Assembly (NCBI GenBank): GCA_965116875.1
Contig: OZ220733.1
Span: forward strand, 5,248,001 to 5,312,000
DNA from: Candidatus Latescibacterota bacterium
Lineage (GTDB): Bacteria; Latescibacterota; UBA2968; GCA-2709665
Direction of reading: 5' to 3'
Length of the DNA stretch: 64,000 bases
The notes under the pieces are model-generated. The model had not been told where the DNA came from and made no database searches. It saw only the letters and a list, made by a program, of their open reading frames with translations. Numbering within the stretch: the first letter of the stretch is position 1; every line of letters begins with the position of its first letter. The position numbers were made by a program, and so were the translations under genes. Below, one piece after another: positions 57,465 through 64,000 of the stretch.

Positions 57465-57543
57465 CCGGAGCGAGGGCATCCTGCCCTCGAACACCGCGGC
57501 ACCTACCGCTATTCGCGTGGAGGGCAGGATGCCCTCGCTCCGG
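57465..57543. repeat. REP doublet (REPIN-like)
   Basis: Perfect 24-bp inverted repeat ccggagcgagggcatcctgccctc / gagggcaggatgccctcgctccgg; each arm is itself a hairpin. Confidence 0.85.
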
Positions 57544-57742
57544 GGAACGCCACCCACACTGGTCCCAAATCGATTCCTGTTTTGCACAGCCGTGGCCAGA
57601 AGAAGGTGACCTGCATTGACACTACGAAACGACTTTCAGGAAAACCGGGTACTTACGTATCCAGGACCGTCCTTTCCAAACTATCTTGCACAGCAATGAT
57701 CCTGTCTATCCTGATTATCCATGTAAGTTGCTTCTTGAGGAT

Positions 57743-58846
57743 TTATGCCAGACCAAGGTCCTCATAGATGGCGCTGTTCGTCTCTCTGTTGCGAATCTGA
57801 TGGGCTCCTTCTCCGGGTGTGCCGTTGAAAATGCACACGACAACCAGGCCCGCGTCCGGATCCACGAAGGCGATGGACGACTGATAACCTGCATTGCCGA
57901 ACGTGCGCGGAGAGGCGTATCGCCCGAACCCGTAGGGAACCGACTCTTTGCCGTAGTTGTTCGAGTTGAGATAGAATCCCAGCCCCATATCCACAATATG
58001 ACCCAGGATCTCGTCCTTCATGCCGGTCCGATGGCGGGCGGTAATCGCTTCAACGGTCTGGGGAAGAAGTACCCGTTTCCCGTTGAACCGGCCCTTTTCG
58101 AGCAGCATCTCGTAGAAGCGGCCCAGTTCCCTGGCCGGTCCTCTGCCGCTGCCACCCGGCACGCATTGACCGATCGTACGCTCCAGACCCACGCTGTAGT
58201 GCGACGGCTCCGGCGTTCCGGCTGCGGTGTTGTACATCAATCCGATCCGGTCCTTCCTCGCCTGATACGTCGATGAATCCATCGAGAGGCTGCAGCCGGG
58301 CATGTCGAGCGGATCGAAAATCCCCTGATGGACGTAGCTGTCGAAGGCCATGCCGCTCTTGCGCGAAACGACGTCGGCAAGGACGAACCAGGCATTCGCC
58401 ACGTCATATCGCGCACGCCGGCCCGGCGCCCAGTTGTCCCGTAAGGGCGCATCGCAAATTCCGGCGACGATTTCTTCCCACGAAGATTCGGACCACGCGA
58501 CGTCGACCGGACCGATCCCGGCAGTATGCGTCAACAGATGGCGAAACGTCAGACAGGCTTTCCCGCCGGCACCGAATTCCGGCAGGTGGGCACACACGGG
58601 ATCGTCAATTTCGATCAGGCCTTTCTCCCAAATCCGGGCGACGGCAACCGCGGTGACGCCCTTCGTCAATGACATCCAGACCGTCATCGTGTCACTCGTC
58701 ATCGCCATGGTCGTCGTCGCATTCCCGACAGCCACGTCCGCGACGGTCCTTCCCGCGACGGACACGTAGAGCTGAGCCCCCAGATGACGTCCGTCTTCGA
58801 CGCCTGCATGAATCAGATCGACGGTCCGTGTCAGCGTCATATCCAT
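57743..58846 (-). CDS. Serine hydrolase, beta-lactamase family
   Basis: SLTK, LLTHTAG, Y..A, PL.M, FGNAG; GGAGG RBS. Confidence 0.9.
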   Translation of the reverse strand: MDMTLTRTVDLIHAGVEDGRHLGAQLYVSVAGRTVADVAVGNATTTMAMTSDTMTVWMSLTKGVTAVAVARIWEKGLIEIDDPVCAHLPEFGAGGKACLTFRHLLTHTAGIGPVDVAWSESSWEEIVAGICDAPLRDNWAPGRRARYDVANAWFVLADVVSRKSGMAFDSYVHQGIFDPLDMPGCSLSMDSSTYQARKDRIGLMYNTAAGTPEPSHYSVGLERTIGQCVPGGSGRGPARELGRFYEMLLEKGRFNGKRVLLPQTVEAITARHRTGMKDEILGHIVDMGLGFYLNSNNYGKESVPYGFGRYASPRTFGNAGYQSSIAFVDPDAGLVVVCIFNGTPGEGAHQIRNRETNSAIYEDLGLA

Positions 58847-58877
58847 CGGCCCTCCATGATCCGAGTGCACCGGATCC

Positions 58878-60779
58878 TCACCTGTGCAGGTCCGCGTCCT
58901 CCACGGCCTCGTAGACAACGCCACCCTCGACGTTGCGCGGCATCGGCGCGCCGGTGAGGTAGCAGACCGTGGGCGCCACGTCGATCACGCGCACCTGCCG
59001 CTCGAGGCGTCCCGCCTGGCGCACACCCGCGCCCGCGGCGATGAAGGTCGAGTGCTGGCCGGCCATCCCGAACGCCACCGAGGGCAGCTGCTTGCCGTGG
59101 GCGCCGTCGAACTCCGGGCGCAGGGCATAGACCACGTCGCCCACGCGGTCGGACCACAGGTTCACCATCTCCGCGTCCTCGTGCGTGACGGCCAGCGCGA
59201 AGGTCCGCCGACCCGTGGCCGGATCCTTGTAGTCGTACAGCGCCTGGATGATATCCTGGCAGACGGCGTCGTAGTCCGCTGGATCGACGATGCCTCCGGG
59301 CTCCCGCCCCTTCAGGTTCACGAAGATGTGCACCAGGCCCACGTCCGCCGCGCGAGTGCGCGTCCAGTCGATGCGGCGGTTGGGGCCGCTGCCCGTGTAC
59401 TTCAGAAAACCCGCCTGCTCCAGGACGGCGGCGACGTTGACCACGGTGTGCTGCTGGGAGGTGCCGCCGTGATCGGACACCACGAAGAAGGCGGTATCGT
59501 CACCGGCGAGTTCGCGCAGGCGTCCGATCCAGCGGTCGATGGAGGCGTAGGTGCGCTCCACACCTTCTCGGCAGCGCCGATGCACCTCCGGCGGCGCACC
59601 GGAGTGGGGGTCGGCGGCGCGGAGGAAGAAATGGCTGGTGTAGTCCGAGGCGTGGGTCTCCGTCATCAGCAGGTCCCAGTCCCGGGAGCCGGCGAGGTAT
59701 TCCGCTACGTCAGCCAGCCGCTGGTGATGGAACTCCAGCAGTTCGAAATAGGTGTCGTCGTCGATCAGACCCAGGGCGTCGCGAGCCGGATTCTGGAGGA
59801 AGTTGCCCACGTTCCGGTCGATCTCATCGGCTACGGATGCGGGCTTCGTATAGCCTTCGGGCGGCCAGATCTGGGGGATGAAGAGCTCGAAGGCATCGGC
59901 CTCGGGCGTCAGCGTGATCAGCTTGGCCCGCACGTACCCGCTCACCGTTGTGCCGTCGATCTCGAATCCGTCCAGCCACCAATCGCTCCACGCCCCCACC
60001 CCCAGGTCGGCCAGCGGCTTTGATGCGTTCTTCGACCGGCAGAGGCGCACCCGGTCGTACCCACCGGCGCCGCTCGCGTAGATCAGGGCATGAAGCGGCA
60101 CGGGGACGCCCTCCACGCCCCGTTTCATGCCTTCGCGGCCCCTGGCCAGGGGCTGGATGGTGAGGACGGTCTCCTTCGGCGGCCGGGTTGAATCGGGCGC
60201 TCCGGTCCATCCTCCGGCGTCTGACAGCGTCACGGGGTCGAACTCGCGCACTCCCTGCAAGGCGCTCGGATCCAGGGTCTCTGGGTCGCGCTGGGCTTCC
60301 AGCCGCCGCGGCGCCCATTTGCCGGCCACGAACAGGTGATAGCCGGCCACCTGGTGGTGGTTGGAGACGCCGGGACCCGTGCCTTCCACCTGCACCCCCG
60401 AGCGCACCGTGGGCGGCCAGGACATCTCCCACTTCACGAGGATCGGCGTCCGGCCGCCGCGTTCGAACGCATTCCAGATGTACTCCGAACGCGAAAGGGA
60501 GGTGTCGATTCCCCACAGGGTGCGGTCCAGGGGCTGGCCCACGTGGCGGATATTGAAATCCAGAATCCCGTGGGTGCCCGGCCACGAGCCGGTGGAGAGG
60601 GCCGTCCATCCCGGCGGGGTGAGCGTGGGAAAGACGCCGACCATGGGCCGCCAGACGCCCGCCTCCATCAGGGCGCGCACGTTGGGCATGTGGCCGGCAT
60701 CGGCCATGTTCTTCACCAGTTCCATACTGGCGCCGTCCATACCGGCGACAATGGCGCGCCGGGCGGGGGCTTTACTCAT
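58878..60779 (-). CDS. Alkaline phosphatase superfamily nucleotide pyrophosphatase/phosphodiesterase
   Basis: GMDGA, PTLTPPGWT..STG..PG.HG, VSDHG, NLKGREP.G.V, DVAPT. Confidence 0.9.
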   Translation of the reverse strand: MSKAPARRAIVAGMDGASMELVKNMADAGHMPNVRALMEAGVWRPMVGVFPTLTPPGWTALSTGSWPGTHGILDFNIRHVGQPLDRTLWGIDTSLSRSEYIWNAFERGGRTPILVKWEMSWPPTVRSGVQVEGTGPGVSNHHQVAGYHLFVAGKWAPRRLEAQRDPETLDPSALQGVREFDPVTLSDAGGWTGAPDSTRPPKETVLTIQPLARGREGMKRGVEGVPVPLHALIYASGAGGYDRVRLCRSKNASKPLADLGVGAWSDWWLDGFEIDGTTVSGYVRAKLITLTPEADAFELFIPQIWPPEGYTKPASVADEIDRNVGNFLQNPARDALGLIDDDTYFELLEFHHQRLADVAEYLAGSRDWDLLMTETHASDYTSHFFLRAADPHSGAPPEVHRRCREGVERTYASIDRWIGRLRELAGDDTAFFVVSDHGGTSQQHTVVNVAAVLEQAGFLKYTGSGPNRRIDWTRTRAADVGLVHIFVNLKGREPGGIVDPADYDAVCQDIIQALYDYKDPATGRRTFALAVTHEDAEMVNLWSDRVGDVVYALRPEFDGAHGKQLPSVAFGMAGQHSTFIAAGAGVRQAGRLERQVRVIDVAPTVCYLTGAPMPRNVEGGVVYEAVEDADLHR

Positions 60780-60813
60780 AGCAAATCTCCTGTGGTCACA
60801 ACTGTTCAAAAAC

Positions 60814-61078
60814 GGGTGTGGTTAACCTCAATTCGAAAAAGACAACGGTCGAATTGGCCACAAAAAGCTCGAATGCGGGTAGAGGTTAGACGGGAGACCA
60901 AAAGCGGTGAGACGGGAGCCGGTAGACGGTAGAAGGAATACTTGCCCGCTCTTTAGTTCCATATTGCCTCCGGCACGAAAGGAAATCCCACAAGGCTGGC
61001 AATCTCTACCCTCTCCCGTCTAACGTCTAACCCGGTGGTCGGGCGGGCGGAGGGAAATGTCCCGTTCACGTCCAGTGA
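60814..61078 (+). repeat. Copy B of the MITE-like element
   Basis: Shares aattcgaaa..gacaac..cacaaaaagc..gaatgcggg, ttccat.ttgcctccggc and gtcccgttcac.tccagtga with 27796-28020. Confidence 0.8.
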
Positions 61079-61180
61079 TTACGAATGTCACGAAATTACG
61101 CGAAATAAACGGCTGGCAAAGAGGGCAGACAGGAATGTCCGCCTCACCCTCAAACCGGTTTCCTCAATGGGTCGGGTGCT

Positions 61181-62251
61181 CTATGGAAGGCGTGGAATGA
61201 CTTCCTTCGCCATCAACTCCATCGAGCGCTTCATGATCGCCTTGTCGTCCCAGTCGTGGCCGATCATCAATACCGTGCCGAAGCCTCCCGTGACGTCGTA
61301 CAGCTCCCGTAGCTTTCCGGTCACCGTGTCGGGACTGCCGACGATGGCGATCTCGTCGATGAAATAGTCGCGGGTGAGGTCCGCGTCGGACATCCCCGGA
61401 TCCATCTTCGGCAGGTCCAGCATATTGGCGCCCTCGAGCATGCCGCGAAGATACATCAGGGAGTCGGCGAAGGCGCCTTTGAGTGCGTGTTCCCGCGCCT
61501 GCGCGTCCGTCTCGCCCACGCAGATGCTGCGTGAAATTCGCCAGTCGCGCCGGTCCGGTCCCGGACGCCCCCCTTCCGCGGCCCCCTCGCGGTACATCTC
61601 CCAATGCCGTTTCACTTTGTGCGCGGGCGCCATGTTGATGCTGATGGGCAGGAACCCGCGCCTGCCACCCGTGGTGGCCGCCATGGATTCCTCCCTTACA
61701 ATGCTCATGGCAATGGGCGGATGCGGCTTCTGATAGGGCTTCAACACCTCCCCCAACCCGAGTTCCGGGACTTTCTCCGCCAGCGTGACGTTCCAGAAAT
61801 CCCCCCTGAACTCGAACGGACCGTCTTCCGTCCACAGCTTCAGGACGATGTCCATCGCCTCCAGGTTCATCAGCCCCTGGGTGCGCGGGTCCGGCAGGTC
61901 GAACAGCGGCCAGTCCGTGGGCACGCCCCCCTGCCCGAAACCGACGTTGATGCGCCCTTTGGACAGGTGATCGAGATAGGCCAGGCGGACCGCCACGTTC
62001 GCCGGGTGATGCTGGGTCATGATGGTGACGCCCGTGCCCAGACGGATCCGCTCCGTCTGAGGCAGGACGTGGGCGATGAACACGTCGTTGGCGGGAATCG
62101 GCTCCCACATTGCGGTGTGGTGCTGGCCGATCCAGGCTTCGGTGAACCCGAGTTCCTCGGCCCACAACACGCACTCGACGTCCTCTTCGAACGTCTGCGT
62201 ACGGTTCTTCTGCGGCGGATGCAGCGGCATCATGAACTTTCCGACTTTCAT
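61181..62251 (-). CDS. LLM-class flavin-dependent monooxygenase
   Basis: F.MPLHPP, LGF.EAWIGQH, IRLGTGV, LDHLSKGR, KPYQKPHPP, GSPDTV. Confidence 0.9.
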   Translation of the reverse strand: MKVGKFMMPLHPPQKNRTQTFEEDVECVLWAEELGFTEAWIGQHHTAMWEPIPANDVFIAHVLPQTERIRLGTGVTIMTQHHPANVAVRLAYLDHLSKGRINVGFGQGGVPTDWPLFDLPDPRTQGLMNLEAMDIVLKLWTEDGPFEFRGDFWNVTLAEKVPELGLGEVLKPYQKPHPPIAMSIVREESMAATTGGRRGFLPISINMAPAHKVKRHWEMYREGAAEGGRPGPDRRDWRISRSICVGETDAQAREHALKGAFADSLMYLRGMLEGANMLDLPKMDPGMSDADLTRDYFIDEIAIVGSPDTVTGKLRELYDVTGGFGTVLMIGHDWDDKAIMKRSMELMAKEVIPRLP

Positions 62252-62267
62252 TTTTTGCTCTCCCAGA

Positions 62268-63161
62268 TTACTGACTACCGTTTTCGACGCTGTTGTTTCC
62301 CGGCGTTCTCAGACTCTCAAACACGGCGGCGGAGAGGATGATCAGGCCGCCGACGATCTCCCGGCCGGACGGAATGGCGGCCAGGAAAATGATCGCGATG
62401 ATGACGCCATAGACGGTTTCCAGCGCCAGGGTGATCCCGACGACTTTCCCGGAAAGATACCGCTGGCTGTTAACGAATAGAATTCGAGCGAAACCGGTCA
62501 GTACCACGCCCAGCACCACCACGAGTGCGAGATCCCTGGTTCCCGGCAATTCGAAAAGCGTCTGATTGTAGAACATGAATGGAAGAAGCAGCAGGGCCGC
62601 AATGCCCAGTTCATAGGCTGAAATATCCCAGGTGTTGTATTTGTGGACGATCCGTTTCTTGCGCAGCAGGATGAAGAGCGGGAGCATCGCGCCGGAGGCC
62701 ATGCCGTAGAGTACCCCCTGAAAATTCGCGTCGGACAGATCGAAATTCGGCGCGAGGCAGTAGACCCCGGTCAATACCGCGACCGCACTGGCGAAGTCAA
62801 GGGCCCGCAGCCTGACGTTGAAGAACATACTCTCGAGGAAAACCATCAGTACCGGATACGTATACGTCGTCACCAGACCGATGGCGACCGTCGAGACCTT
62901 GATCGACTGAAAGAAGAGCACCCAATGGACCGAGAGCAGGACTGCGATCGCCGCAAAGGTCGCCAGATCGCTCCAGCTCCGGACGGGCGCGTGACTCTTG
63001 AGCCTTATTGCAACGACGGAAATGACGAGGGCAGCAAGAACCGTCCTCCAGAAGACGATCTGATACGGGTCGAGGTCCACCGCTTTTCCGAGGGGACCGA
63101 TGAATCCATACAGGAGGGTCGCAACATGCACCTCCACGAGCGACCGGGACCTATCTGTCAT
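62268..63161 (-). CDS. DMT/EamA family transporter
   Basis: About 10 hydrophobic segments; HW..FF.SI.VS.VA, LE.VYG. Confidence 0.88.
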   Translation of the reverse strand: MTDRSRSLVEVHVATLLYGFIGPLGKAVDLDPYQIVFWRTVLAALVISVVAIRLKSHAPVRSWSDLATFAAIAVLLSVHWVLFFQSIKVSTVAIGLVTTYTYPVLMVFLESMFFNVRLRALDFASAVAVLTGVYCLAPNFDLSDANFQGVLYGMASGAMLPLFILLRKKRIVHKYNTWDISAYELGIAALLLLPFMFYNQTLFELPGTRDLALVVVLGVVLTGFARILFVNSQRYLSGKVVGITLALETVYGVIIAIIFLAAIPSGREIVGGLIILSAAVFESLRTPGNNSVENGSQ

Positions 63162-63285
63162 CCGCCAGCCTCAGTGCCGAACGATGTCGGTGATGGTTGC
63201 GCGACTTGTACACTCTTGACATGGATGGGGTCTTTGTCGTTCTTTTCACTGTCCCAGATGAAGCAAATAGACGAGGAGAATCGCA

Positions 63286-63519
63286 ATGTCTGAGCCATCG
63301 ATCGTACGAGATCTCGAAGAAAAAATCAGTCGCCTCAGTACGGATGAGCAGATGCAGCTTATTGAGCGCGTAAGTCACCGAATGCGAGCTGTCAACACTT
63401 CGATCAGGGACGTAGATGCTCAATTACGTGAAATGGCCGCTGATCCTGAAATTCAAAAGGAACTTCGGGAAATCGAGAGTGAATTCTCCCCCACAGAGGG
63501 AGACGGGCTGGATGACTGA
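63286..63519 (+). CDS. Small acidic antitoxin-like protein
   Basis: GAGGAG RBS; LS..EQ..LIER, MAADPEIQ.EL..I..EF..TE.DGL; TGATG-coupled to a 15-codon stub. Confidence 0.65.
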   Translation: MSEPSIVRDLEEKISRLSTDEQMQLIERVSHRMRAVNTSIRDVDAQLREMAADPEIQKELREIESEFSPTEGDGLDD

Positions 63520-63585
63520 TGGCAATTGAACTAGGTGACGCAGGCAGGGGTCGATCTTTATCTTGAATCGACGTTTTTCCCAATT

Positions 63586-64000
63586 TCACGTGTATATCCC
63601 TATCGTCATCCGGCGCACCTTTGTTGAAGCTTCGCCTTTCGCGATCAGCGCCGTCCTGATGGCGGGCGCCAGCACCTGTCCGACCGGAAAGCCTTCGGGA
63701 CCGCAGGAGACGTATGAATATCCCAGGTGCGCCTTGGCTGACTTCTTTTCAGTATCGACGATGACCCCAAGGTCAACGTCCTCGATCACCGTTCCGCCAT
63801 CGCCGATCTGACCGTCGCTGCCCTCCGCGAAGAGCGTCTGCATTCCCTCCGAAGACCCGTCCCGCAGCAAAAGCCTCACGCGTCCGGCCGGCGCCACACC
63901 GGCTTCAATTGGCGCCGCCTGCAGTTGAATCCCGGCAGGATTGTCAGTCGGCGAAACAAAACCCAGGCTGAACTCCGCCGGCCCGTTCACCGTCACTCCC
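63586..64000 (-). CDS. Hypothetical protein, C-terminal part (truncated by the window edge)
   Basis: Open frame with GC-rich codon usage running off the end of the window; no recognisable motif. Confidence 0.5.
   Translation of the reverse strand, partial: GVTVNGPAEFSLGFVSPTDNPAGIQLQAAPIEAGVAPAGRVRLLLRDGSSEGMQTLFAEGSDGQIGDGGTVIEDVDLGVIVDTEKKSAKAHLGYSYVSCGPEGFPVGQVLAPAIRTALIAKGEASTKVRRMTIGIYT

Noticed and set aside
57743-58846. Beta-lactam resistance gene
   Set aside because: No signal peptide and a family VIII esterase-like pattern; only the fold can be supported.
1-64000. tRNA/rRNA genes, prophage, IS transposases, retron/DGR reverse transcriptase
   Set aside because: No T-loop/cloverleaf, structural phage, DDE/HUH or YxDD RT signatures seen by inspection; tRNAscan and ISEScan would confirm.

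Overview
GC-rich bacterial chromosomal window. The gene content resembles uncultured sponge-associated Gemmatimonadota/Latescibacterota-type genomes, which is an inference only. No rRNA, tRNA, CRISPR array, integrase or transposase was seen. All calls come from reading motifs by eye; no searches were run. (1) 1-15.7 kb, + strand, is a defence island: partial SPPY DNA methyltransferase, Ser/Thr-kinase::P-loop ATPase fusion, effector-less twin CARF-like protein, DUF1156 adenine MTase, ABC ATPase plus PIN pair, DUF499 ATPase, AlbA_2 regulator, MNT-HEPN, truncated DUF1016, and DUF433-DUF5615. (2) 15.7-23.4 kb, + strand, is metabolic: two beta-barrels, nucleoside deoxyribosyltransferase, GH172, sulfatase, Tat sulfite oxidase and PhyH. 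(3) 23.5-48 kb is a long co-oriented minus-strand run of small cassette-like genes, interleaved with several REP/MITE-like repeat families. (4) 48-63 kb holds two tandem ABC permeases and an S9 peptidase, each behind a copy of a sigma54 promoter/IHF/UAS module, followed by hydrolases, an LLM monooxygenase and a DMT transporter. The best candidates for something new are: an 11-unit, exact 14-bp-period operator-like array upstream of an orphan higA; the MTase/kinase-ATPase/twin-CARF module; a small 2-TM protein with an Rpn-like internally translated C-terminus; single genes bracketed by direct repeats; and repeated loss of toxin genes while antitoxins are kept.
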